This document shows, piece after piece, positions 31,152-39,755 of a DNA stretch of 64,000 bases. Position numbers and translations under genes: made by a program. Each line of letters starts with the position of its first letter. The stretch's first letter is position 1. A model generated the notes under the pieces. It saw only the letters and a list, made by a program, of their open reading frames with translations. It was not told where the DNA came from and made no database searches. Source of the stretch: Solirubrobacterales bacterium (GTDB lineage Bacteria > Actinomycetota > Thermoleophilia > Solirubrobacterales > JBBDJG01); NCBI GenBank assembly GCA_038203635.1, contig JBBRDT010000001.1, forward strand, positions 22,003-86,002. Direction: 5' to 3'.

Positions 31152-31397
31152 GTGGGTAGTCGACCGTCTATGGAACGGATGCACTCCAACTCCGCGACCG
31201 CCTCTCCTCTCAAGGCGGTGTTCGAATCGGCCAAGCACTTTGGCCTGAGCGACGACGACGTTCTGCGTACGCTCGACGAGACGCTGTGGGCAGTTGGCGA
31301 GGACGCCACGATGTCCGAGTATCTCGACGAGTTGAACGGGACACTGGCACGATGCATCCTCGCCAGGGAGCGGGACCGCTCCCGGCGCGGCTGCTAG
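31152..31397 (+). CDS. possible small acidic hypothetical protein
   Basis: 81-codon ORF with moderate GC3 (internal ATG at 31170). It sits in the gap between the divergent RR and PPK2 genes. No recognisable domain. Confidence 0.35.
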   Translation: MGSRPSMERMHSNSATASPLKAVFESAKHFGLSDDDVLRTLDETLWAVGEDATMSEYLDELNGTLARCILARERDRSRRGC

Positions 31398-31423
31398 CCG
31401 AGTCCCACCCCCAGACCGCGCGC

Positions 31424-32209
31424 TCACCCCTCCGGCATGTCGACCGGTTCGATGCCGCGCTCGCGCATGCCCCGCTCCATCTGCGCGATCGCCGTCTCGA
31501 TCACCTTCACGCGCGCATAGCGCTTCGACTCCGCCTCGACGAGCTGCCAGTGCGCGAGCTCGTGGTCGGTGCGGGCGAGCACGTCCTCGACGGCGTCCTC
31601 GTATTGCGGCCGGAGCGCGCGATTGCGCCAGTCGTCATCGGTCAGCTTCCACCGCTTGAGCGGGTCCTGCGCGCGCTGCTCGAACCGCCTCCGCTGCTCC
31701 GCCGCGGAGATGTGCAGCCAGAACTTGACGATGATCACTCCCTCGCGCGCGAGCATCCGCTCGAACGCCACGATTTCGTCGTAGGCGCGGGACCACTGGT
31801 CCACGCTGACGAGGCCCTCGACTCGCTCCACGAGCACTCGCCCGTACCAGGAGCGGTCGAGCACCGACATGTCGCCCAAGCCTGGCAGCACCGGCTCGAA
31901 CCGCCACAGGAAGTGATGGCGGCGCTCTTCGTCGATGGGCGCCCCGAATGCCGCGACGCGCACGTGGCGCGGATCGAGCGGGGCGACCAGCCGCTTGATC
32001 GCGCCGCCCTTCCCGGCTGCGTCCCACCCCTCGAACAGCAGGCAGACCGCCGGGCCCAGCCGGCCGTCGCCGAGCTTGCCGCCGATCTGCAGCCGCAGCG
32101 CCAGCAGGCGCCGCTGAGCCGCCTCGAGCCGCTTGGCCTCCTCGGTCTTCGACAGCGCCAGCGTGAGGTCGAGGTCGTGCAGCGAGAGCGCGGCCATGGA
32201 AGCAGTCAT
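31424..32209 (-). CDS. ppk2: polyphosphate kinase 2 family protein
   Basis: VCLLFEGWDAAGKGGAIKRL (Walker A of PPK2). FLWRF..P..G....LDRSWYGRVLVERVEG. About 260 aa. Confidence 0.9.
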   Translation of the reverse strand: MTASMAALSLHDLDLTLALSKTEEAKRLEAAQRRLLALRLQIGGKLGDGRLGPAVCLLFEGWDAAGKGGAIKRLVAPLDPRHVRVAAFGAPIDEERRHHFLWRFEPVLPGLGDMSVLDRSWYGRVLVERVEGLVSVDQWSRAYDEIVAFERMLAREGVIIVKFWLHISAAEQRRRFEQRAQDPLKRWKLTDDDWRNRALRPQYEDAVEDVLARTDHELAHWQLVEAESKRYARVKVIETAIAQMERGMRERGIEPVDMPEG

Positions 32210-32212
32210 CTC

Positions 32213-33016
32213 CTAGTCGGCGAACTCGGCGGACCGCTTCTCGAGGTACGCGCCGATCGCCTCGGCGGGCGCCGCCCCGTGCAGCGCCATGATCTGCTGG
32301 CGGTCCTCGTACTCGACGGCCGTCTGCTGGGAGGGGATCTCGAGCGCCGCCCACATGCCCTGCTTGGTGAGCCGCGTGCCCCACGGTGCCCAGGCGGCCA
32401 CCTGCTCGGCTCCCTCGAGCGCGCGCGCGAGCAGCCGATCGTCGTCCACCACGTCCGCGACCAGGCCGATGCTCGCCGCCTCGTCAGCGTCGAGACGCCG
32501 GCCGGTGAGCATCAGCTCGTGGGCGCGGGAGGCGCCGACCAGCCGCGGCAGCAGCCAGCTCGTGGCCATGTCGCAGTTCGACAGGCCGATGTTGATGAAC
32601 GCGGCGCGGAACACGGCGCTGCGCGCCGCGTAGCGGATGTCGCTCGCGCACGCGAGCGCGATCCCGAAGCCCGCCGCTCCCCCGTTCACCGCGGCGATCA
32701 CCGGCTGCGGTGTCGCGCGTACCTGCAGGATCAGCCGCGACATGTGCTCCTGGTTGCCGAAGTGATCCCGCGCGGGGTCGCTGCCGTCGTTACCCGGCGC
32801 CTGGCCATAGCCGCGCAGATCGACACCGGCGCAGAACCCACGCCCCGCGCCGGTCAGGACGACCACCCTGCAGGAGCGGTCGGCCGCGATCGAGCGCAGC
32901 TCTTCGTGCAGGGCCGCGCACAGATCTGTGTTGATCGCGTTCAGCTGCTCGGGCCGGTTGAGCGTCACGAGCCTCACTTGCGGTGCGGGGCGCTCGCTCA
33001 GGACAACTTCACTCAT
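32213..33016 (-). CDS. enoyl-CoA hydratase/isomerase (crotonase) family protein
   Basis: VTLNRPEQLNA..VVVLTGAGRGFCAGVDL..PVIAAVNGGAAGFG. Its stop lies 3 nt before the ppk2 start. Confidence 0.9.
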   Translation of the reverse strand: MSEVVLSERPAPQVRLVTLNRPEQLNAINTDLCAALHEELRSIAADRSCRVVVLTGAGRGFCAGVDLRGYGQAPGNDGSDPARDHFGNQEHMSRLILQVRATPQPVIAAVNGGAAGFGIALACASDIRYAARSAVFRAAFINIGLSNCDMATSWLLPRLVGASRAHELMLTGRRLDADEAASIGLVADVVDDDRLLARALEGAEQVAAWAPWGTRLTKQGMWAALEIPSQQTAVEYEDRQQIMALHGAAPAEAIGAYLEKRSAEFAD

Positions 33017-33156
33017 CGGTGCTCCTCTCGTCGCTCGTCGGCGCGCGCGATCCTATGCGCTGAGCCGCCGCCGAAGAGCAATATGAGTACGCCATTCGTG
33101 CCGATATCGTGTTTGGAAGTTGGAAGGACGGCCTAAACTGCCGATAGGCCCAGGGG

Positions 33157-33987
33157 ATGGATCCCAATACTCACAAGTCCCGGCGGCGGCTCGTGCGAGC
33201 GGCCGTGTACGGGGTCGCGACGGTCGCGATCCTGGCCGTCGGCATCACACAGGTCCTGCTCGCCGACGGCGAGGCCCGGTGTGTCGGCGCCTGCAAGCCC
33301 CCGCCGTTCGAGGCCGCCTGGACCTACCAGCTCCAGGGCACGCCACAGATCACGCGGGCAGTCGTGTACGACGTGGACGGGTTCGACACTCCCGCGTCGT
33401 TCGTGTCGCGCCTGCACAAGTTCGGACGTTACGCCGTCTGTTACATCAGCGCGGGAACGTGGGAGGACTGGCGTCCCGACCGGAGCCGCTTCCCCGACTC
33501 CGTGCTGGGCCGCAGCAACGGCTGGCCCGGCGAGCGTTGGCTCGACATCCGGCGGATCGACGTGCTGACCCCGATCATGCGCGACCGCATCTCCATCTGC
33601 AAGAGCAAGGGATTCGATGCCGTGGAGCCGGACAACGTCGACGGCTTCACCAACGACACGGGCTTCCCGCTGACGGACAGACATCAGGTCCGCTACAACA
33701 AGCGCCTGGCCCTGCTTGCCCACAACGCCGGCATGGCGGTCGGGCTGAAGAACGATCTCGAGCAGGTCACCGCGCTGCGTAACGACTTCGACTTCGCGGT
33801 GGTCGAGCAGTGCTTCCAGTATCAGGCGTGCGGCAAGCTGGTGCCGTTCATCGACGCAGGCAAGCCGGTGTTCGAGGTGGAGTACGAGCTGCCCAGGTCC
33901 AGCTTCTGCGACCGTGCACGCAAGCTGCGCATCAACGCGCAGCGCACCAACGTCGACCTCTCGAAGGTCGGCGCTGTCTGCCGGTAG
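33157..33987 (+). CDS. glycoside hydrolase family 114-like (endo-alpha-1,4-polygalactosaminidase-like), membrane-anchored or secreted
   Basis: N-terminal anchor. YDVDGFD..AVCYISAGTWEDWRPD..GWPGERWLDIR..GFDAVEPDNVDGF..GLKND..DFAVVEQCFQY is the GH114 (Ega3-type) pattern. Confidence 0.8.
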   Translation: MDPNTHKSRRRLVRAAVYGVATVAILAVGITQVLLADGEARCVGACKPPPFEAAWTYQLQGTPQITRAVVYDVDGFDTPASFVSRLHKFGRYAVCYISAGTWEDWRPDRSRFPDSVLGRSNGWPGERWLDIRRIDVLTPIMRDRISICKSKGFDAVEPDNVDGFTNDTGFPLTDRHQVRYNKRLALLAHNAGMAVGLKNDLEQVTALRNDFDFAVVEQCFQYQACGKLVPFIDAGKPVFEVEYELPRSSFCDRARKLRINAQRTNVDLSKVGAVCR

Positions 33988-33999
33988 CCGCGGCCGGCG

Positions 34000-34368
34000 C
34001 TAACGCTCGCGGATCGTGATGCGCCAGCTGCTCGGCGCGCTCGCGCTCAGGCGCCGGTAGGTGCCGCGCCGGACCGTGATCTTGCCGCGCCGGGAACGCG
34101 TCTCGAGCAGGCGAAATCCACGCGTGCCGGTTATCCGGAGCGTGCCGCGGCCCTTCGTCCAGCGCAGCGTCGCCGTGTGGCGCAGCCGGACCGTGCCGAT
34201 GCGCTTCGTGCCGCGACCACTGAAGGTCCACGTCTTGGCGGCCCTCACCTGCAATGCATCTGCGGCCGTCGCGGTACCGGCGCTTGCAAGCGAGACCTGC
34301 GCCAGCAGCGCCGCCGCCAAGAGACAGCCGACGAGCACGAAGGTCCGCGTCGGGGTCAGCGTCCTCAT
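34000..34368 (-). CDS. small secreted, extremely Arg/Thr-rich beta-strand protein
   Basis: ATG 34368 overlaps the upstream stop (ATGA). Signal peptide MRTLTPTRTFVLVGCLLAAALLAQVSLASA. The longer 279-aa ORF version was rejected. Confidence 0.55.
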   Translation of the reverse strand: MRTLTPTRTFVLVGCLLAAALLAQVSLASAGTATAADALQVRAAKTWTFSGRGTKRIGTVRLRHTATLRWTKGRGTLRITGTRGFRLLETRSRRGKITVRRGTYRRLSASAPSSWRITIRER

Positions 34369-35672
34369 GCGATCCAGACCGCCGTCGCGAGCGCCCGGCC
34401 GGGACGCAGGAAGAGCTTTACCAGCGGCGGGATGGCGATGATCGACGCGATCACGCCGCCGGCGACCAGGCCGCTGCCCGGCTGCGCCAGCGCTGCCGGC
34501 AGCTCGACCCAGACCTCGACGAGCACCGCGGCCGAGACGGCGACCAGGGCCCACGTCATGCGCCCGAGCGACACCAGCAGGCTGACGAAAAGCGTTGCGA
34601 GCGCGAGGCAGCCGAATCCCACAAACAGACTTGTAGCGATCGTGCCCGACGTCCACGGGCTGACCAGCATGCAGAGGCCCGACAGGACGGCGGTTCCAAG
34701 GGTGAGTCGCAGGATGGCTCCCGCGAGGATCACCAGCCCCGGGCCGCCGAGGTCGACCTTGTCGGCACGTGCAACCGGCGTCTCTCGCAGCGCCCGCGGC
34801 AACTCCACGTGGACACTTGACAGGTAACGCCCGCCCCACAGGCCGCCCACGGCGGATGGGATCAGCGCGAGCGCGGGCAGCGCGCCGTAAAAGCCCCAGC
34901 CGATCGTGTGGTCCGTGACCAGCAGCGCGCCGAGCCCGGCACCGATCACTCCCACCACGAGCGCCTGCACCCAGCCGCCGGTCGACGACGCGGCCGGGCC
35001 GGAGGTCGCGACCGCCGCGCCCACCGCCGCGATCGAGAAAAGCGCCGCGCCGACCAGCAGGGCAAAGGGATCAAGCTCGAATCCGAGACCGAGCCCGACG
35101 GACGCCAGTACGAGCGCATACAGGAGACCCCAGCCGCGGCTCATCAGCACCGTGCCGCTGGTCCACGTGACCAGCAGCAACGCCGCGACCGCACCGGCGT
35201 CGCCGAGCGACACCAGCAGGGCGGCGATCGCGGCAAGGCCGACGATCCCCGCCGGCCCCTCGCGGCGGAGGGATCCCAGCCCCTCCCCCTTGCTCAAGTG
35301 CCTGCTCCAGAGGATCCACTGCAAAGCGAAGGTCAAGGGCAGGGCGATTCGCACCGCCGTGTCCCACACGGCCGCGCCCAGCATGGAGTTGAGAGGCGAC
35401 GCCCACATCGCCACGGCAAGAATCGCGAGCACCAGCGACATGCCCTCCGCCATCGCGCTGCGTCCCGAGGTCTCCTGCTCCTCGATGTGGCGACGGCGCG
35501 GGGCAGGAGCGCCGACGTGTCCGATCAGCTTGCGGCCGCGGTCGATCGCTTCGCGGGCCTGCAGCCCGCACCACGCTTCGAGCACCACGGCGGCCTCGAG
35601 ACTGTCCTGCACGGGCCGGCCGAGGCGGGCCTCGACGACGGCACATGCGCGGCGGGCGTCGAGCGCCTTCAT
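34365..35672 (-). CDS. polytopic (10-12 TM) membrane protein, candidate exopolysaccharide export/polymerisation component (PelG-position)
   Basis: ATG 35672 overlaps the pelF-like stop (ATGA). About 75-aa soluble head, then Ala/Gly/Leu-rich TM helices. No motif was recognised. The 801-aa ORF version was rejected because its N-terminus is out-of-frame read-through of pelF. Confidence 0.7.
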   Translation of the reverse strand: MKALDARRACAVVEARLGRPVQDSLEAAVVLEAWCGLQAREAIDRGRKLIGHVGAPAPRRRHIEEQETSGRSAMAEGMSLVLAILAVAMWASPLNSMLGAAVWDTAVRIALPLTFALQWILWSRHLSKGEGLGSLRREGPAGIVGLAAIAALLVSLGDAGAVAALLLVTWTSGTVLMSRGWGLLYALVLASVGLGLGFELDPFALLVGAALFSIAAVGAAVATSGPAASSTGGWVQALVVGVIGAGLGALLVTDHTIGWGFYGALPALALIPSAVGGLWGGRYLSSVHVELPRALRETPVARADKVDLGGPGLVILAGAILRLTLGTAVLSGLCMLVSPWTSGTIATSLFVGFGCLALATLFVSLLVSLGRMTWALVAVSAAVLVEVWVELPAALAQPGSGLVAGGVIASIIAIPPLVKLFLRPGRALATAVWIA

Positions 35673-37153
35673 GCCGCCACCAAGTGGGTCGTCATGTGGC
35701 CGAACAGCTCGCGGTAGCCGCCGAGGCAGGTTTCCTTGGTGAACCTGCGCGCAACCCGCTGGTGGCCGCGCTTGCCGAGACGGGAGGCCAGAGCAGGATC
35801 GCTCAGGATGGTCGTCGTCGCCACCGCGATGGCGTGCACGTCGCAGGGCGGCGCCACGATTCCGCAGCCGCGGAGCACCTCGGGCACTCCGCCGACCGAG
35901 GTCGCGACGACCGGGCGGCCCTGCGCCAGCGCCTCGAGGATGCCCATCGGCAGGCCTTCGGAGATGCTCGTCATCAAGAGCATGTCGGCCGCGTGCAGCG
36001 CACCCGTCACGTCCCGTGTGCTGCCCATGAACTTGAAGCGCTCGTCCAGCCCGAGCTGACGGTGCAGGTCCTCGCACGACTTGGCGTAGGCCTCCTGCTC
36101 GGGAGAGGAGGGCCCGTAGTAGAGGAACCGTGCGTGCGGCAACCTTTCGAGGACCTCGACCGCGACGCGCAGCATGGTGTGCACGTCCTTCAGCGGGTCG
36201 ATACGTCCGATCGCGACGACCGTCGCGGTGTCCGGGAGCGGCTGGGGCTGCTCGGGCTCGCCGATGCCGTTGTGGATCACCTTGACCTTGGCCGGGTCCA
36301 CGCCCATCGCCACGGCCCACTTCGCGTTGGCCTCGGACACGGGTGAGATCACGTCGGCCGCCGCGTAGGTGGCGAGGGCAAGCCCCCGCGCGAGTCGCGT
36401 CGACACGAAGCGCTGGCCAGGGGCAGACCGGCTGCGGGCGGCCGCGAGGTAGCTCTCGCGCACGTAGACGCCGTGCTCCGTGAGCAGGATCGGCGTGCCA
36501 TGGATTGCCTTGTGCACCAGCGCGGGGACCGCAGCCCAGCCCGCGCACGTGACGTGCAGCAGATCGGTCTCGGGCGTCGGGGTGCTCGCGGTGCGAGCTA
36601 CCCAGTAAAGGGTCTGATAGAGCGTTGCGGCCTCGACCGTGTCGAGCTCGGGAGCAGGGGCGGAGCCGTGGGTCTGCTCGGCGAGCACCTCCTGCAGCGC
36701 GCGCAGGAACTGCTCCCAGCCGCGCCGGCTGCGAAATGCCGACCGGACTCCGTCGGGGTGGCGCCGGCACCAGACCAGCGCGTCGATCAAAGCTTGGTGG
36801 TCACCGTCCCAGCCGATCAGGGTCCGCACGAGCGTGCTCGCAAGCGCGGCATTCGCCTTGCCCGGGCGGCGCTTGCGGGGAGGCGCGTCGCCCGACCAGA
36901 GGTCGATGCTCGGGAGGAGCTCGGCGTGCGCCGGCACCTCGAAGGAACGACGGTCGCGGTCAGAGGCCGCGACGATCGGGAGAACCTGCCAGTGGATCTC
37001 GGGGATCCCGTCGATCAGCAGGTCGCACCAGGAGCTCACCCCGCCGATCACGTGGGGGTACGTTCCCTCGGTGATCAGCAGGACGCGGGCACCCGGCCGG
37101 GCCGAACGGGACGGGGCACGCGGCGGCCGAATCGATGTGTCGATCGGCACCAC
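35669..37153 (-). CDS. pelF: PelF-like GT4 glycosyltransferase with N-terminal DUF3492 domain
   Basis: VLLITEGTYPHVIGGVSSWCDLLI is the DUF3492/PelF N-terminal signature. C-terminal GT4 motif SISEGLPMGILEALAQGRPVVATSVGGVPE. Confidence 0.8.
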   Translation of the reverse strand: MVPIDTSIRPPRAPSRSARPGARVLLITEGTYPHVIGGVSSWCDLLIDGIPEIHWQVLPIVAASDRDRRSFEVPAHAELLPSIDLWSGDAPPRKRRPGKANAALASTLVRTLIGWDGDHQALIDALVWCRRHPDGVRSAFRSRRGWEQFLRALQEVLAEQTHGSAPAPELDTVEAATLYQTLYWVARTASTPTPETDLLHVTCAGWAAVPALVHKAIHGTPILLTEHGVYVRESYLAAARSRSAPGQRFVSTRLARGLALATYAAADVISPVSEANAKWAVAMGVDPAKVKVIHNGIGEPEQPQPLPDTATVVAIGRIDPLKDVHTMLRVAVEVLERLPHARFLYYGPSSPEQEAYAKSCEDLHRQLGLDERFKFMGSTRDVTGALHAADMLLMTSISEGLPMGILEALAQGRPVVATSVGGVPEVLRGCGIVAPPCDVHAIAVATTTILSDPALASRLGKRGHQRVARRFTKETCLGGYRELFGHMTTHLVAA

Positions 37154-37188
37154 GTACCCCGTTCGCTCAGTCCGTTGCTACTCGACGC

Positions 37189-39006
37189 CTAGGGAAGGAG
37201 CTTGGCGTTGAGCTGCAGTGTCTTGCCCGGAGCAATCGACGCGTAACCGGACGTCGTGCCTCCGTACAGGGTGCCCAGGCCGGTTGCACCGGCGAGCGGG
37301 ACCTGCAGCGTGGAGGTTGCGTTGGACTTGACTGTGACCTTGCCGTTCTGCATGAACGCCTCGACCTGCGGTGAGAGGGACTCCCACTGGGTCTGGGTCG
37401 TGATCAGACCGGCGGCTTCCTTGTGAATCGGCTGAACCAGCTCCGGCTTGAAGTACGACCGGTAGCGCTTCAGGACCTCGTCCATCACGGAGTACATGAC
37501 TCCGTCCTTGGCCAGGTTGGCCTGGTGCATGTAGTGAGGCCGCGGGTCGTTGCCGAGCACGTGGCGCAGCACCTGCGAGGCCTCTCTGTCGATGTACTCG
37601 CTCCACGTGGCCGGCTTCGAGAAGCAGGTCGTCGTGGACGAGTTGACGCACGCGCCTCCGAGCTCCGGCGGCAAGTACAGGTAGTTGTACTCGTCGAGCT
37701 GCTCTTTGCGGGTTGCGGTGTTGTAGTACACGTTCGTCGGGTACCGCGGCAGGCTCATTGCGGGGCCGAGCTGCCACTGCGCCGGACGACGCGAGTTGTC
37801 GTCACCGAACGTCCTGATGCCGGTGTCGGTGAACACCTGAGCCATGTTCGGGTTGAACAGGCCGGAGTGCTCGCCGGTGACCAGCTCGGTCGGGTCGATC
37901 GGCAGGCCCTTGCTCTTCGCCCACGCGACGTTCTTCTGGATCTCGTCCTTGATCTGGGCGTACGTGAGGTCGTCCAGGTTCGGATGACTGTAGGTGTGGT
38001 TGATCCAGTAGAAGTACTTCTTGGCGCTCAGCAGTGCTGCAGTGAGCCGGTCTCTGCTTCCGGCTTCGACAGCGCCCTCACCGTTGAAGGCCATGTCGAT
38101 ACGGAAGTCGTGCACCTGTGACCAGACGACGGCCCGGAGGACGTCGAACTGAGTCATCCGGTTCGGCCTGACCTCGGTCTCGGCGTTCGCCACCGTGTCC
38201 CAGCGCGCGCTGCCCTGGAAGACGTCGTCCACCTGGACCGTGAGGTAGTTGCGCTCGGTACCGAGGTACACACCGCGCGTGACCCAGCTCAGCATCCCGT
38301 GACGCAGGAGCTGGTTCTGGAGCTGGTACTGGTTCGAGTCGAACGTCGAGACCATCTCCTCGCGACCGTCAGGGCGCGTGTTGATGCCGACCAGGGCGGA
38401 GTTGCCCGGGCCCGTGACGAGCGTCTTGAACTTCGAGCCAGTCGCAGGTGTGGCCTGGTAGCCCCACGTGTACTGGTCGATCGGCACGTTGCCCTTGAGG
38501 TAGGGGAACGTGGTCAGCCCCTGGGCCGTCAGCTTGCCGACGACGCCGCCGAGCTCGCCGCTGACCGTGGGGGTGTTGAGGCCGTACTCGGCCGACGGGT
38601 AGACGACCCCGGTGACCTGACGGATGCCGTACTTGACCTCGAAGTCGGCCAGCGCGGCCCACTCCTCGGTGCTGAGCGCCGACGGGTAGGTGCCGTTGCT
38701 CTCGTAGACGAGACCGCCGGTTGCGACGATCACGGCCTCGTACTTCGCACGCGGCGCGCCGTCCACCGTGTCGGCGAACGTGGAAGCCGTGTAAGGCTCG
38801 TCGTTGGTGGCGATCTTCTTCTCGTAGGGGACGCCTTCGCGCTTCATGGCTGCCTCCCAGGCGGAGGTTGAGGGCTCCGTCCCGTTCGCCGACAGCAGCA
38901 GGACCTTCAGGTCCGTGCGCTGGTTCGGCATCGCAGCCGAGGCCGCCGAAGGGACCATGAGGAAAATGGCGACGACCATCATCGCCAGGGGGGTGAGTCT
39001 TTTCAC
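37189..39006 (-). CDS. secreted 605-aa protein, candidate polysaccharide deacetylase (CE4-superfamily / Agd3-like)
   Basis: GTG start after AAGGAGG. Signal peptide MKRLTPLAMMVVAIFLMVPSAASA. VQVDDVF (DD) lies about 76 residues before INHTYSHPNL (H-x3-H), the CE4-type metal triad arrangement. The function call is tentative. Confidence 0.55.
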   Translation of the reverse strand: MKRLTPLAMMVVAIFLMVPSAASAAMPNQRTDLKVLLLSANGTEPSTSAWEAAMKREGVPYEKKIATNDEPYTASTFADTVDGAPRAKYEAVIVATGGLVYESNGTYPSALSTEEWAALADFEVKYGIRQVTGVVYPSAEYGLNTPTVSGELGGVVGKLTAQGLTTFPYLKGNVPIDQYTWGYQATPATGSKFKTLVTGPGNSALVGINTRPDGREEMVSTFDSNQYQLQNQLLRHGMLSWVTRGVYLGTERNYLTVQVDDVFQGSARWDTVANAETEVRPNRMTQFDVLRAVVWSQVHDFRIDMAFNGEGAVEAGSRDRLTAALLSAKKYFYWINHTYSHPNLDDLTYAQIKDEIQKNVAWAKSKGLPIDPTELVTGEHSGLFNPNMAQVFTDTGIRTFGDDNSRRPAQWQLGPAMSLPRYPTNVYYNTATRKEQLDEYNYLYLPPELGGACVNSSTTTCFSKPATWSEYIDREASQVLRHVLGNDPRPHYMHQANLAKDGVMYSVMDEVLKRYRSYFKPELVQPIHKEAAGLITTQTQWESLSPQVEAFMQNGKVTVKSNATSTLQVPLAGATGLGTLYGGTTSGYASIAPGKTLQLNAKLLP

Positions 39007-39665
39007 CGTCGTGCCTCCTTGAGGTGTCCGTGTGAGCGGGGTCCGTTGGGGGTTGGGTTGTCCATCAGTTGGCCTGACGGCGTGAGTCCTGCGAGCCGTG
39101 CTTCGAGGCCGGCCATCACCTGGCCGATCTCGCTGCAGACCTCCAGGAGTGCGTTGCGCATCACGATCGCCTCGGTGAGGACGTGCAGGGCTTCGTCGCC
39201 TTGCTCCGCGTGCTCAGCGTGCTCCTGGTTCGAAGGGCCGTGCTCCTCCTCGGGAGTCGAGGAAGGAGTGGGGAGCGCCCGCAGGCGCTCGATCACGTGC
39301 CCGACGTTCGGCGGCGCTTCGAGCTTGACCCGCAAGCGGGCGTTCTCTTCGCGCAGCAAAAGTGCGTCGGCCTCGAGCGCGTCGACAATCTCGCCGCTCC
39401 GGCCTTCGGTGCGCCGCGTCAGCCGGCGAAGCGAACGAAACGGGTCGCGCGGGGCGCGCTCCGTTGCAGCGTCAGCCGTGCCGGTCTGCGGCGCGTCAAA
39501 TATGGGGTTAGGGGTAGCTTGGGCCGGAGACGGGGCGCCCTTGGAGGAGGGCGGATTCCAGTCCACGTCCAGGCTTGGATTCCGTTCCAAGATCCTGCGA
39601 CTCCATCGTGCTCGGGGGAGAGCGGGGACGCACTCCAATGTATGGACGAATGGTCTACGGCGCAA
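39003..39665 (-). CDS. hypothetical protein with coiled-coil-like and acidic/His-rich segments; start uncertain
   Basis: Its stop overlaps the next start (GTGA), and the RBS of the next gene lies in its 3' end. ALEADALLLREENARLRVKLEA. The 5' third has low GC3, so the true start may be internal. Confidence 0.45.
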   Translation of the reverse strand: MRRRPFVHTLECVPALPRARWSRRILERNPSLDVDWNPPSSKGAPSPAQATPNPIFDAPQTGTADAATERAPRDPFRSLRRLTRRTEGRSGEIVDALEADALLLREENARLRVKLEAPPNVGHVIERLRALPTPSSTPEEEHGPSNQEHAEHAEQGDEALHVLTEAIVMRNALLEVCSEIGQVMAGLEARLAGLTPSGQLMDNPTPNGPRSHGHLKEARR

Positions 39666-39679
39666 ACGAAAGTTAAAGG

Positions 39680-39715
39680 GGCCGTCATTTGCTCAGCCGC
39701 AAATGACGGGTGCTC
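39680..39715. repeat. 36-nt hairpin element, copy 1 (11-bp stem ccgtcatttgc / gcaaatgacgg)
   Basis: ggccgtcatttgctcagccgcaaatgacgggtgctc. Its reverse complement matches copy 2 at 34/36 positions. Confidence 0.85.
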
Positions 39716-39755
39716 CGTGCTACGGCCGCGTGGTTGTCGGATAAGGTCGCCGCGA

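Noticed and set aside
31286-33136. 616-aa plus-strand ORF across ppk2 and the crotonase gene
   Set aside because: It is antisense to two genes with unambiguous family motifs, and its translation is Arg/Leu/Pro-rich noise.
34365-36770. 801-aa version of the membrane-protein ORF
   Set aside because: Its first ~365 codons overlap pelF in another frame and are Arg/Gly/Pro-rich. The ATG at 35672 forms an ATGA junction with the pelF stop and begins the plausible protein.
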